From Candidatus Limnocylindrus sp. (GTDB taxonomy: Bacteria > Chloroflexota > Limnocylindria > Limnocylindrales > Limnocylindraceae): DNA of 64,000 nucleotides. The notes below the pieces were generated by a model, which saw only the letters and a list, made by a program, of their open reading frames with translations, had not been told where the DNA came from and did not search any database. Position numbers and translations under genes: made by a program. Position 1 is the first letter of the stretch. The number at the start of each line of letters is the position of its first letter. The stretch is from the NCBI GenBank assembly GCA_040397215.1, contig JBBAWK010000005.1, one strand, 5' to 3'. This document shows positions 38,576-48,070 of this stretch, in pieces.

Positions 38576-39514
38576 ATGGGGAAGAGGTCAAAGCGCACCG
38601 AGAGGCTCAACCTCCCGCTGGCGATTGAGTCAGATGGCGCCGCGCGTCTTGAGGTGCGACGCACCGCCAAACTCTATATCGGTGGCGGGTTCCCGCGGAG
38701 CGAATCTGGTCGAAGCCAAGAGGCTCAACTCGCAAAGGGCGGCGTCGCCAACATTGCACGCGGCTCGCGCAAGGACCTGCGTGAGGCGGTGCGCGTTGCG
38801 CGCATCGCCGCCGAGCCGTGGGCCGCACGCACCGCAATGGTGCGCGGGCAGATCCTCTATCGCGTTGCCGAACTGATGGAGGGTCGTGCGGCCCAATTCC
38901 GCGATGACCTGATCAATCACGGCGCATCGAAGTCCGACGCGGCAGCAGAGGTCTCCGCCGCGATTGATCGCATGGTCTGGTACGCGGGCTGGCCCGACAA
39001 GCTCGCCGCTGTGCTTGGTGGCACCAATCCTGTCGCCTCATCGCACTTCGTCTTCACCCTCCCAGAGCCAACCGGCGTCATCGCCTCCATCGCACCTGAA
39101 GCCTCGCCACTCCTTGGCCTGGTCTCGCGTCTTGGCGGCATCCTCGCTGGAGGCAATGTGGCGATTGTGTTGGCGAGCGAATCGGCACCACTCCCCGCCG
39201 TCACCCTGGCTGAAACGCTCGCCGTGAGCGATGTGCCGGCGGGCGTGGTGAACATCATCACCGCGCGTCGGGCGGAACTGCTGCCGCACCTGGTGCGCCA
39301 CGCCGATATCGATGGGTACGACCTGTGGGGCTGCCCCGACGCACTGCTCGTCGAGGCGGAGCAGGGTGCCGCCGAACACGTCGCCCGAGTCGCACGTCGC
39401 CCACATGGAGTGAAGGACCGCGCCGACGCCTTTGATGGCGAGCGCGGCGAGCGCATCGACGGCATCACCGCCTTCCTTGAAATGAAGACCGTCTGGCACC
39501 CAATCGGCTCGTAG
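38576..39514 (+). CDS. truncated ALDH-like protein (N-terminal/NAD-binding region only; lacks catalytic Glu/Cys motifs)
   Basis: 312 aa. Resembles the ALDH N-terminal half (WAARTAMVRGQILYRVAEL..., WPDKLA..., AGVVNIIT) but there is no ELGGK and no catalytic Cys. Starts 2 nt after the upstream ALDH stop. Confidence 0.55.
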   Translation: MGKRSKRTERLNLPLAIESDGAARLEVRRTAKLYIGGGFPRSESGRSQEAQLAKGGVANIARGSRKDLREAVRVARIAAEPWAARTAMVRGQILYRVAELMEGRAAQFRDDLINHGASKSDAAAEVSAAIDRMVWYAGWPDKLAAVLGGTNPVASSHFVFTLPEPTGVIASIAPEASPLLGLVSRLGGILAGGNVAIVLASESAPLPAVTLAETLAVSDVPAGVVNIITARRAELLPHLVRHADIDGYDLWGCPDALLVEAEQGAAEHVARVARRPHGVKDRADAFDGERGERIDGITAFLEMKTVWHPIGS

Positions 39515-39520
39515 CCGTCA

Positions 39521-39555
39521 CGCCCGGCCCAGCGCGGGGCGGATGGGCCTAGGCG
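39521..39555. terminator. GC-rich hairpin filling the intergenic space between the convergent ALDH-like gene and deoC (candidate bidirectional terminator)
   Basis: CGCC-c-GGCCCA...TGGGCC-ta-GGCG: 10 bp with a small internal loop and a 12-nt apical loop. Confidence 0.4.
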
Positions 39556-40491
39556 CTAGTCGAGCGTGAAGTCGTCCGGATCGGCGTAGGCGCCCGTCAC
39601 CTCTTTTTCGAGCTGCATCAGCAGGTCGTTGACCAGGCTCGATGCGCCGAAACGGAAGCGGTCGGGGGTGAGCCAGTCAGGTCCAAGCGTTTCGTGTACG
39701 ACCACTAGGTATTGGATCGCCTCTTTTGCCGTGCGAATCCCGCCGGCTGGCTTCATGCCAACAACCTTGCCGGTGCGATTCCAATGTTCGCGAATGGTCT
39801 CCAGCATGACGAGCGTCACCGGGAGCGTCGCCGCCGGTGTGACCTTACCGGTTGAGGTCTTGATGAAGTCGCCACCCGCGGCAATCGCCAGTGCCGATGC
39901 GCGTCGCACATCGTCGTAGGTACCAAGTTCGCCTGTCTCAAGGATGACCTTCAGATGCGCGGGCCCGCAGGCCTCTTTCACGGCGACGATCTCGTCCCAC
40001 ACCTTGGCGTAGTCGCCAGCCAGGAACGCGCCACGGTCAATCACCATGTCAATCTCGTCGGCACCGGCAGCAACGGCGTACTTCGTCTCGGCAATCTTGA
40101 GGTCGATCCACGAGCGGCCGCTCGGGAAGGCGGTGGCAACGGCGGCAACCTTGACGCTGCTCCCCCGGAGCGCCTCTTTCGCCACACCAACAAGGTCTGG
40201 ATAGCAGCAGAGCGCTGCGACCGAGGGCATTGACGCATCGCCAGGGAGTGGGCGCATCGCCTTGGTCGCTAGTTGGCGGATCTTTCCAGGCGTGTCTCTC
40301 CCTTCAAGGGTGGTGAGGTCGCACATGCTCAGCGCCAGGCGGAGCGCCCACACCTTGGAAGTTTTCTTAATTGACCGGGTCTTTAGGGTGGCGACACGCT
40401 CCTCAATGCCCACGCGGTCGACGGGGGTCGCGTCGCGGAGCCAGGCCCCAAGCGCTCGTGAATCTGTCGCAACGGGTAGTGACGAGGTCAT
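39556..40491 (-). CDS. deoC: deoxyribose-phosphate aldolase
   Basis: Schiff-base lysine context FIKTSTGKV with TIM barrel. Start placed at the ATG at 40491 (MTSSLPVATD...); the longer track ORF would run into the add promoter region. Confidence 0.8.
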   Translation of the reverse strand: MTSSLPVATDSRALGAWLRDATPVDRVGIEERVATLKTRSIKKTSKVWALRLALSMCDLTTLEGRDTPGKIRQLATKAMRPLPGDASMPSVAALCCYPDLVGVAKEALRGSSVKVAAVATAFPSGRSWIDLKIAETKYAVAAGADEIDMVIDRGAFLAGDYAKVWDEIVAVKEACGPAHLKVILETGELGTYDDVRRASALAIAAGGDFIKTSTGKVTPAATLPVTLVMLETIREHWNRTGKVVGMKPAGGIRTAKEAIQYLVVVHETLGPDWLTPDRFRFGASSLVNDLLMQLEKEVTGAYADPDDFTLD

Positions 40492-40520
40492 ACGGGGGAG
40501 TATCCTCTCTCTCGCGGAGT

Positions 40521-40545
40521 TGCGCAGGCGGGTGCGCAGCCTGCG
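40521..40545. promoter_or_regulatory. inverted repeat (CGCAGGC-N9-GCCTGCG) with overlapping direct repeat TGCGCAGG/TGCGCAGC in the deoC<->add divergent intergenic region; candidate operator
   Basis: Read directly from the sequence. Lies between the divergent starts of deoC (40491, -) and add (40570, +). Confidence 0.3.
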
Positions 40546-40569
40546 AGTCAACGCGAGGGGAGGGGAGCA

Positions 40570-41616
40570 GTGGAATTCCAGCGTGCCGATGATGCGCGTC
40601 GCCTCTTCTTTGAGATGCCGAAGCCTGAGCTGCATCTCCACCTTGATGGCTCACTGGATCCGGCCTTGGCCCTTGAACTTGCCGCAACGCGCAACGTTGA
40701 TGCCCCGCGCGATTGGGCTGGGATGCGCGCCGCGCTCGTCGCCCCTGAGCGCTGCGCCGATCAGGCCGACCTGCTGCGCGCATTCGACCTGCCCATCGCC
40801 CTCTTGCAAGATGCCGAGGCGCTCGATCGCGCCGCGGAACAACTGGTGCGAACGAAGGCAGCAGAGAACGTTGCCTATCTTGAGATGCGTTGGGGGCCAC
40901 ACCTGCACACCGCAAAGGGGCTCACGCAGTCACAGGTGATCGCCGCGGTGGCGGCCGGGGCGCGCCGCGCGGCGGCAGAGACCGGAATTGAAGTGCGCCT
41001 GATCATCACCGCCCTCCGCTCGCACTCGCTGGAAGAGAATCGCAACTTGGCCGCCGCCGCAGCCGCCGCACAAGACCTCGGCGTCGTTGCGTTTGACTTG
41101 GCCGGTCGTGAAGCGGCCTTCCCCGACCCACTCACCTTCAAAGAGGCATTCGACATCGCGCGTGCCGGCGGACTCGCCATCACGCTCCACGCGGGGGAGT
41201 GGGGCGGCGCTGCGCAGGTGCGTCGCGCACTTGAGGTGCAGCCCGCGCGGATTGCGCACGGCGGTGTCGCGGTTGACGACCCAGCACTGTGCGCCGAGCT
41301 CGCAGCGCGCAACGTCTCCCTCGACCTATGCCCGACGAGCAACACCCAGGCCGCCATAGTTCCCGGTTACGGTGACTTTCCGATTGCCGAGCTGCGCAAA
41401 CGCGGCGTGCCGATCACCCTCAACACCGACGACCTGGTGGTGAGCGACGTCACCCTCTCCGAGGAGTACCTCCATGTCCATCGTCGGCTGGGGCTCCCCG
41501 CATCAGACCTGATTGCCGTGGCGCGAACAGGCTACGACTTCGCGTTCGTGGACGAAGGAACCAAAGTTCGCCTCAGGAATGCCTTTGAGACGTGGCTCTC
41601 GCAGCGGGGTTTGTAA
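40570..41616 (+). CDS. add: adenosine deaminase
   Basis: HLHLDGSL, TLHAGE and NTDD zinc/catalytic motifs. GTG start with GGAGGGGA RBS. Confidence 0.9.
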   Translation: MEFQRADDARRLFFEMPKPELHLHLDGSLDPALALELAATRNVDAPRDWAGMRAALVAPERCADQADLLRAFDLPIALLQDAEALDRAAEQLVRTKAAENVAYLEMRWGPHLHTAKGLTQSQVIAAVAAGARRAAAETGIEVRLIITALRSHSLEENRNLAAAAAAAQDLGVVAFDLAGREAAFPDPLTFKEAFDIARAGGLAITLHAGEWGGAAQVRRALEVQPARIAHGGVAVDDPALCAELAARNVSLDLCPTSNTQAAIVPGYGDFPIAELRKRGVPITLNTDDLVVSDVTLSEEYLHVHRRLGLPASDLIAVARTGYDFAFVDEGTKVRLRNAFETWLSQRGL

Positions 41617-41645
41617 CAAAGCCACACCCTCCTCTCGCTACCAAT

Positions 41646-41675
41646 TTGCTTTAGGTGCGCATACCGCTCTGTTAT
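41646..41675 (+). promoter_or_regulatory. candidate sigma-A-type promoter for the BMP/ABC nucleoside-uptake operon (TTGCTT-18 nt-TGTTAT)
   Basis: -35-like and TAnnnT-type -10-like hexamers with 18-nt spacing in the 150-nt add-BMP intergenic region. Sequence inspection only. Confidence 0.25.
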
Positions 41676-41766
41676 GAGGCACAATGCCGCCACGGTCACC
41701 AAATGGCTGACCCGCTCGTCGCCGTGGGCGTCTGAGCAAAAGGAAATAGCGGAGGGCTACATACAT

Positions 41767-42873
41767 ATGAAGACGCGAATGTTCGCGCTCCTCACCGTTC
41801 TCGCTCTTCTCGCCGCAGCGTGCAGTGGCTCGACGGCTTCGCCGTCAGCTTCCGTCGATGCCGGGAAGGCCAAGTACAAGGCATGCCTCTCGTTGGACAC
41901 GGGCGGACCTGCCGACAAGAACTTCAACCAGTCGGCATACGAGGGCCTTCAGGCACTCGAAGCTGAAGGGTTCAAGACGGCCTACACGACCGCTGTTGAT
42001 GACGCGTCCTACGCGCCAAACATTCAGCAGTTGATCGACCAGGGCTGCAACAGCGTGATTGCCGTTGGCTACAACCAGGGCACCGCCCTGCAGGCTGCCG
42101 TCGTTGCTCCAGAGAATGCAGCGATTGCATTCGGCTGGGTAGACGCAACCTGGACGCTTGAGAATGGCACGATTCCGGCGAACTTCACCGGTATCGACTT
42201 CCAGATCGACGAGGCCTCGATGCTCGCCGCCTACTTGGCAGCTGGCATCTCGAAGACCCACGTCATCGCAACCTACGGTGGAGCACCATACCCAGGCGTA
42301 ACCAAGTTCATGGATGGCTGGGTCGCTGGCGCCAAGTACTACGCCGACAAGAAGGGCGTTGCTACGTCCGTCTTGGGCTGGGATCCAGTTGCAAAGACCG
42401 GTACGTTCAACCCAAGCACCTCGCCGTTCAACGACGTGGACTTTGGTAAGGCGACAGCCGAGGCCTTCATGGGCCAGAACGCTGACGTTGTGCACGCAGT
42501 TGCGGGCACCACGGGCAACGGCACCTATCAGGCAATGATGGATGCGGGCAAGTACTCGGTCGGTGTGGACCTTGACCAGTGCGTCAGCCTTCCTGAGTAT
42601 TGCGGAACACTCCTGACCTCGGCACAGAAGAACATCGGTGCTGCAGTGATCACGGCTGTGAACTCCAGCTACGCAGGCAAGCTGGGCGGTACCAACTACG
42701 TTGGCACGCTCAAGAACGGTGGCGTTCAGATCGCCACTCTTAATCGCACAGAGGCTGCATGGACTGCAACCTTCGGCACGCTCGTAACCGCTGAGCTCAA
42801 GGCAGAGGTCGAGGCCCTTATGGCTGCGATCGAAGACGGCTCGGTTGTTGTCCTTGATTGGGCAAAGAAGTAA
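41767..42873 (+). CDS. BMP-family (PnrA-like) nucleoside-binding lipoprotein, ABC substrate-binding component
   Basis: Signal peptide with lipobox LLAAAC. Bmp/PnrA fold. Upstream of the ABC ATPase and permeases. Confidence 0.85.
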   Translation: MKTRMFALLTVLALLAAACSGSTASPSASVDAGKAKYKACLSLDTGGPADKNFNQSAYEGLQALEAEGFKTAYTTAVDDASYAPNIQQLIDQGCNSVIAVGYNQGTALQAAVVAPENAAIAFGWVDATWTLENGTIPANFTGIDFQIDEASMLAAYLAAGISKTHVIATYGGAPYPGVTKFMDGWVAGAKYYADKKGVATSVLGWDPVAKTGTFNPSTSPFNDVDFGKATAEAFMGQNADVVHAVAGTTGNGTYQAMMDAGKYSVGVDLDQCVSLPEYCGTLLTSAQKNIGAAVITAVNSSYAGKLGGTNYVGTLKNGGVQIATLNRTEAAWTATFGTLVTAELKAEVEALMAAIEDGSVVVLDWAKK

Positions 42874-42882
42874 GTACTTCTC

Positions 42883-42939
42883 CATCGCTTCGGCGATGAA
42901 GTAGTCGCTCTCCGCCCGGGTGCTTCGGCATCCGGGCGG
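42883..42939 (+). terminator. two consecutive GC-rich UUCG-tetraloop stem-loops between the BMP lipoprotein gene and the ABC ATPase gene (intercistronic attenuator / mRNA stabiliser)
   Basis: Hairpin A is 42883..42898, CATCGC-ttcg-GCGATG. Hairpin B is 42912..42939, CCGCCCGGGTGC-ttcg-GCATCCGGGCGG (12 bp with one G-U pair). No U-tract follows. Confidence 0.5.
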
Positions 42940-42987
42940 AAGAGTATCTCTGGCAATACAGCGGCAGAGTAGGGGGGCCAGCGTCGT

Positions 42988-44496
42988 ATGAGGCTTGAAC
43001 TGCAGAAGATTACGAAGCAGTTCCCTGGTGTTCTCGCTAACGACCGAATCTCCATCTCTGTTGACAAGGGGCAGGTTCTCGGCCTTCTCGGTGAGAATGG
43101 CGCAGGGAAGACCACGCTCATGAACATCCTCTCGGGCCTCTATCGCCCTGACTCCGGAAAGATTCTTATTGATGGCAAGGAGCGCATCTTCCGCGATCCT
43201 GCCCAAGCCATCGATGCCGGCATCGGCATGGTGCATCAGCACTTCATGCTCGTCCCGGTCTTCGACGTCACTGAGTCGGTTGTCCTCGGTAACGAGCCAA
43301 CCAAGGGTCCACTTGGCATCTTTGATCGAGCCACTGCGCGCGCGCAGGTCGTTGAGCTCTCAAAGAAGCACGGCCTCCATGTAGATCCAGATGCGAAGAT
43401 CGAATCACTCCCGGTGGGTGTGCGCCAACGCGTTGAGATCCTCAAGGCGCTCTATCGCAAGAGCGACATCCTTGTCCTCGATGAGCCATCGGCTGTGCTG
43501 ACCCCCCAGGAGACGGAAGAACTCTTCGAGATCATTCGTGGGCTCGCCAAGGGCGGCACCTCGGTCATCTTCATCACCCACAAACTGAACGAGGTCATCG
43601 CCGTTGCCGACAAGATCACCGTACTGCGCCGCGGCGCTGTTGCAGGTGAAACGACTCCGAAGAAGGCGACCGCCTCAAAGCTCGCCGAGATGATGGTGGG
43701 GCGCGAGGTCCAGCTCACCGTCAGTCGCTCAAAGTCTCACGTTGCCGCACCAATTTTGCAGGTCAAGGGCTTGAATGTCTTGAACGACGCCGGTGGGCGT
43801 GCCGTGAACGACGTATCGTTTGAAGTGCGCAGTGGCGAGATTCTGGCAGTTGCAGGGGTGCAGGGGAACGGTCAGACCGAGTTGGTTGAAGCGCTCACCG
43901 GTCTGCGGCTCGTTGACTCGGGAACTGTCATTCTTGAGAAGGAGCCCCTGCACGCTGGCTCTCCACGCGAGATTGCGATGGCCGGGGTCGCCCACATCCC
44001 TGAGGACCGCAATCGCGACGGCATGATCAAGGGGATGACGGTCGCGGAGAATTACATCCTCAACACATACCACCTGCCAGAGTTCAGCAAGAACGGACTG
44101 CTGAATCGCAAGGCTGTTACGGCCGCAACTGAGAAGGCCGTTAAGGACTTTGACGTACGAACGCCATCCATCAACACTGACATCGGCTCGCTCTCAGGCG
44201 GCAATCAGCAGAAGGTGATCGTTGCGCGAGAATTCAGTCGCAATGTTCGACTGGTTATTGCTGCGCAGCCAACTCGCGGACTCGACGTTGGCTCGATTGA
44301 GTACATCCATCGCCGAATCGTTGAGCAGCGTGACGCCGGTGCTGCGGTTCTAATTGTGAGCACCGAGCTCGACGAAGTGCTCGCGCTCGGTGACCGTGTA
44401 GCAGTAATGTACGAGGGTCGTATCGTTGGAATTCTTGATGCCAAGCAGGCAACGCGTGAGCGCGTCGGACTGCTCATGGGAGGTATTACCAAGTGA
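42988..44496 (+). CDS. ABC transporter ATP-binding protein with duplicated ATPase domains (sugar/nucleoside type)
   Basis: Two NBDs. Walker A GENGAGKTTLMNILSG and LSGG signatures. 502 aa. Confidence 0.9.
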   Translation: MRLELQKITKQFPGVLANDRISISVDKGQVLGLLGENGAGKTTLMNILSGLYRPDSGKILIDGKERIFRDPAQAIDAGIGMVHQHFMLVPVFDVTESVVLGNEPTKGPLGIFDRATARAQVVELSKKHGLHVDPDAKIESLPVGVRQRVEILKALYRKSDILVLDEPSAVLTPQETEELFEIIRGLAKGGTSVIFITHKLNEVIAVADKITVLRRGAVAGETTPKKATASKLAEMMVGREVQLTVSRSKSHVAAPILQVKGLNVLNDAGGRAVNDVSFEVRSGEILAVAGVQGNGQTELVEALTGLRLVDSGTVILEKEPLHAGSPREIAMAGVAHIPEDRNRDGMIKGMTVAENYILNTYHLPEFSKNGLLNRKAVTAATEKAVKDFDVRTPSINTDIGSLSGGNQQKVIVAREFSRNVRLVIAAQPTRGLDVGSIEYIHRRIVEQRDAGAAVLIVSTELDEVLALGDRVAVMYEGRIVGILDAKQATRERVGLLMGGITK

Positions 44497-45689
44497 ACGC
44501 CCTAAAGAAGTTTGGCCTGAAGATACGAGTTCCTGCACTCTCAATCTCCGTCGCGCTTCTGGTAGGCGCTCTCTTTATCGTCTTCACCGACCTTGAGGTG
44601 CTCGGTAAGTTGCTCTCTGACCCAATTGGAGCCCTAAGCCTCGGCATTGGCCGGGCGGCAGTCGCATACAGCGCGCTTTTTCGCGGGGCGTTTGGCGACC
44701 CAGCCACGATCCAAAAAGCGCTTGAATCGAATGGCGACATTTTGATCTGGGCGCGCGCCCTTCGTCCTCTCGTTGAGAGTGTCGTTGCATCAGTGCCGCT
44801 GATCTTTGTGGGGCTTGGCGTCTCTGTCGCTTTCCGCACGGGCATCTTCAACATTGGTGGCGCTGGTCAGTTCACCATGGGTGCCGTTGGTGGCACCCTA
44901 GCGGCACTCGTATTTGGTGGCGGCGTAACTCCCGCCCCCGTAGCCATCATCTTGGTGATGCTCTTTGGACTCATCGGTGGAGCGGCGTGGGCCTTCCTCC
45001 CTGGCTTCTTGAAGGCGCGTGTTGGTGCGAGCGAAGTGATCACCACGATCATGCTCAACTTCATCGCCGGGCAGTTCGTCTTCTTCCTCGTCTCCAACTT
45101 TGAATTCATCCAAAAGCCACCGCGGATTCAGCCAGTCTCGAAAGAGCTCAGCCAGTTCGTGGACTTCCCCGGCATCTTGCCAATCGCAAGCCTTCGCCTC
45201 GACATTGGCATCATCGTCGCCCTCCTGACGGCTGTGGCTGTGAGCTGGTTCCTCTTCCGTTCCACGCGCGGATTTGAGCTGCGTGCTGCTGGGCTAAACA
45301 TTGCCGCCGCCAAGTACGCGGGCATGGGCGCAGCCACCTCCATCATTACCGCCATGCTCATCTCGGGAGCGATCTCGGGACTCGGTGGTGCAATTGTTGC
45401 AGTCGGCACCGTGAAGCAGCTCTCGCCAGGAATTGCAGGGAGTGTCGGCTTTACGGCCATTGCGATTGCGCTCGTAGGGGGGACCCGACCAAGTGGCGTT
45501 GTCGCCACGGCGTTGGTCTTCGGACTCCTGCAGCATGGTGGCAGCCTCATGCAGGTGCAAACGGGCATCCCGATCGAAATGCTGCTCTTCATTCAGGCGC
45601 TCGTCATCGCATTTATTGCGGCGCCAGACCTCACGTTGGGCATCCTGAAGAACCCATTCCGCCGACGCCCTCGTGCGGTGTCGAAGTGA
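44493..45689 (+). CDS. ABC transporter permease
   Basis: Polytopic membrane protein. 4-nt overlap with the ATPase. Confidence 0.85.
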   Translation: MNALKKFGLKIRVPALSISVALLVGALFIVFTDLEVLGKLLSDPIGALSLGIGRAAVAYSALFRGAFGDPATIQKALESNGDILIWARALRPLVESVVASVPLIFVGLGVSVAFRTGIFNIGGAGQFTMGAVGGTLAALVFGGGVTPAPVAIILVMLFGLIGGAAWAFLPGFLKARVGASEVITTIMLNFIAGQFVFFLVSNFEFIQKPPRIQPVSKELSQFVDFPGILPIASLRLDIGIIVALLTAVAVSWFLFRSTRGFELRAAGLNIAAAKYAGMGAATSIITAMLISGAISGLGGAIVAVGTVKQLSPGIAGSVGFTAIAIALVGGTRPSGVVATALVFGLLQHGGSLMQVQTGIPIEMLLFIQALVIAFIAAPDLTLGILKNPFRRRPRAVSK

Positions 45690-47038
45690 GTACCCGAGGA
45701 GGCAACGTGAGCGCTAAGAAGAAGCCTGCGGCACCATCGCGATCAAAGGCTGCCCTAGCGGCAACCACGAAGCGTTCCGGCACATCTTTGGCGGGTGAGG
45801 GCGCAGATGCACATCAGCAACTCATTGCATCACGTGTGCGCGCTGGCCTATTTGCCTTCTTCACGTTGCTCTCCCTCGCGATTACCTCGGGCTCAGCAGG
45901 GGTTGAAGGGAAGTTCGCGTTCTGGGCCGACAAGGTCGGTGGAACAGAAATCTCGTTCAGTATCCCTGTCGTTCTTCTCTGGGCTGCCGTTACGGCGGGC
46001 TTCGGCGCTATGGCTGGGCTGCAGCTCGTGCGCGGTGCTTCGTTCAAGTGGCGCCTCGCCATCGGTCTCATATCGCCCATCCTGGTATTCGCGCTACTCG
46101 CGCGACTGCTTGATGGGACCACGGCAAACCTCACCGTCTTCTTCACCAGCACGCTGAGCTACGCTATCCCGGTTGGCATCGGCGCACTCGCGGGTATCGT
46201 GGCAGAGCGCAGCGGATTCCTGAACATTGCCATTGAAGGGAAGCTCCTCTTCGGCGCAATGATTGGCTCGATTGCGTCCAGCATCACGGGCATCGCGATA
46301 GCAGGCCCGCTCGCGGGCGCAATCTTCGGGGCCGGGGTGAGCCTCTTCCTCGCCTGGCTCGGCATTCGCTACAAGGTGGACCAGATCATTGCTGGTACCG
46401 TCATCAACATCGGCGCCGTTGGCGTGACAACGTTCGCCTACCTGCGCGTGCTGCAGCCACATAGTGAGTTCAATCGTCCGATCGGCATTAGTCCAATGAA
46501 GATTCCAGTCCTTTCTGAGATTCCGATTTTGGGACCGATCCTCTTCTCGCTGAGCCCATACTTCTACCTCTCCGTTGGCCTCGTACTCTTCTTCACCTAT
46601 ATGATTTATCGAACACGTTGGGGCCTACGCCTCCGTGCCGCTGGTGAGCAGCCAAACGCTGCAGGCACGGTCGGCATTGACGTGGTGAAGCTTCGCTATC
46701 GCGCCATGCTCATCGCTGGTCTTCTTGCAGGCTTTGCCGGCAGCTTCATCTCCTTGAGCGGCACTGGTGGTTTCGGCGTGAACACGAGCGCCGGTAAGGG
46801 CTTCATCGCGCTCGCTGCGGTGATCTTCGGTGCGTGGAACCCAATCTACGCATTCGGCGCGTCGCTGATCTTCGGTATGACCACCGCCGCTACGACTCTC
46901 TTGTCGGGCCTCGGCGTTTCTCTGCCACCGCAGATCCTGCTCTCGATGCCATATGTCGTGACAATCATTGTGGTCGCCGGGCTCATCGGTCGCGTTCGTG
47001 CTCCGGCGTCGGCTGGTCGACCGTACGACCAGGGATAA
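45686..47038 (+). CDS. ABC transporter permease
   Basis: Second polytopic permease. 4-nt overlap. Confidence 0.85.
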   Translation: MSTRGGNVSAKKKPAAPSRSKAALAATTKRSGTSLAGEGADAHQQLIASRVRAGLFAFFTLLSLAITSGSAGVEGKFAFWADKVGGTEISFSIPVVLLWAAVTAGFGAMAGLQLVRGASFKWRLAIGLISPILVFALLARLLDGTTANLTVFFTSTLSYAIPVGIGALAGIVAERSGFLNIAIEGKLLFGAMIGSIASSITGIAIAGPLAGAIFGAGVSLFLAWLGIRYKVDQIIAGTVINIGAVGVTTFAYLRVLQPHSEFNRPIGISPMKIPVLSEIPILGPILFSLSPYFYLSVGLVLFFTYMIYRTRWGLRLRAAGEQPNAAGTVGIDVVKLRYRAMLIAGLLAGFAGSFISLSGTGGFGVNTSAGKGFIALAAVIFGAWNPIYAFGASLIFGMTTAATTLLSGLGVSLPPQILLSMPYVVTIIVVAGLIGRVRAPASAGRPYDQG

Positions 47039-47050
47039 GGAGCGGCGAGC

Positions 47051-48070
47051 ATGGCGTCCGTAGGACTGTTTCGTCTTCCTGAGGCTGGCCTAACTCAGCG
47101 GGTCGCTCCAGTTGGCACGCCAAATAAGCCGCTGCCAATCATCATCGATTGCGATCCTGGACTAGATGACGCGCTGGCAATTGCCTGTGCGGTGGTGAGA
47201 CCAGAGTTGAACCTTCTTGCTGTTACCAGCGTTGGCGGCAACGCGGATGTTCGCCACTGCACAGAGAACGCACTGCGCCTGTTGCAGCTCTACGGTGCTG
47301 GTGATGTGCCAGTTGCTGAAGGTGCCGCCGGACCGCTCTCCGGGCCACTTGAGCGCGCAACCGATATTCACGGTGCAACTGGCCTTGGCACGACAACAAT
47401 CCCAGCGGCTGCTCGCAAGGCAGATCCGGAGGGGGCGGTTGCCCTCATGGCGCGCACTCTCGCTGCATCCGCAGAGCCTGTGGTCCTTGTGCCAATTGGC
47501 CCACTCACGAACATCGCCCTGCTTATTCGTTCATACCCACACTTGGCGCCGAAGATCTCGCATATCTGTCTGATGGGTGGCTCGGTCGGCGAGGGGAACT
47601 CCTCTGCCTCGGCGGAGTTCAACATCTATGCCGACCCAACCGCAGCTGAGATTGTGTTTAACAGCGGCCTGCCGATCACGATGATTGGCCTCGATGTGAC
47701 CCACCATGCGACTCTTGACCGCTCCATTCTCGAGCGCTTCGCGGCACTCCCTGGCGCATCGGCGAAGGTAGCGGCCGAGCTCCTGAAGTTTTCGTTTGAC
47801 CGCTCCGCAGCATGGGGCCAAGGCGAGAAGATGGCCATTCACGACGCCGTGGCGGTGCTGCACCTTGCTATCCCAGATCTTGTGGGCGTCTCGCGCTATC
47901 ACGTTGTTGTTGACGCAACGCAGGGACCGGCGCGCGGTCGCACGATTGGCGATGCGAATCCATACCGCCTCAAGCGCGACAAGCTCGAGCCGAATTGCGA
48001 CGTGGGGCTGACGATCGATAGCAAGCGATTCGCAGACGAGATGGTAGATATCTACTCGAAGCTCCCATGA
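47051..48070 (+). CDS. nucleoside hydrolase (IU-NH family)
   Basis: N-terminal aspartate cluster IIIDCDPGLDDALAI. Confidence 0.85.
   Translation: MASVGLFRLPEAGLTQRVAPVGTPNKPLPIIIDCDPGLDDALAIACAVVRPELNLLAVTSVGGNADVRHCTENALRLLQLYGAGDVPVAEGAAGPLSGPLERATDIHGATGLGTTTIPAAARKADPEGAVALMARTLAASAEPVVLVPIGPLTNIALLIRSYPHLAPKISHICLMGGSVGEGNSSASAEFNIYADPTAAEIVFNSGLPITMIGLDVTHHATLDRSILERFAALPGASAKVAAELLKFSFDRSAAWGQGEKMAIHDAVAVLHLAIPDLVGVSRYHVVVDATQGPARGRTIGDANPYRLKRDKLEPNCDVGLTIDSKRFADEMVDIYSKLP

Noticed and set aside
39556-40641. ORF-track N-terminal extension of deoC to 361 aa (start at 40641)
   Set aside because: The extension runs through the add start codon and promoter region on the other strand. 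The ATG at 40491 gives a normal-length DeoC with a sensible divergent intergenic region.
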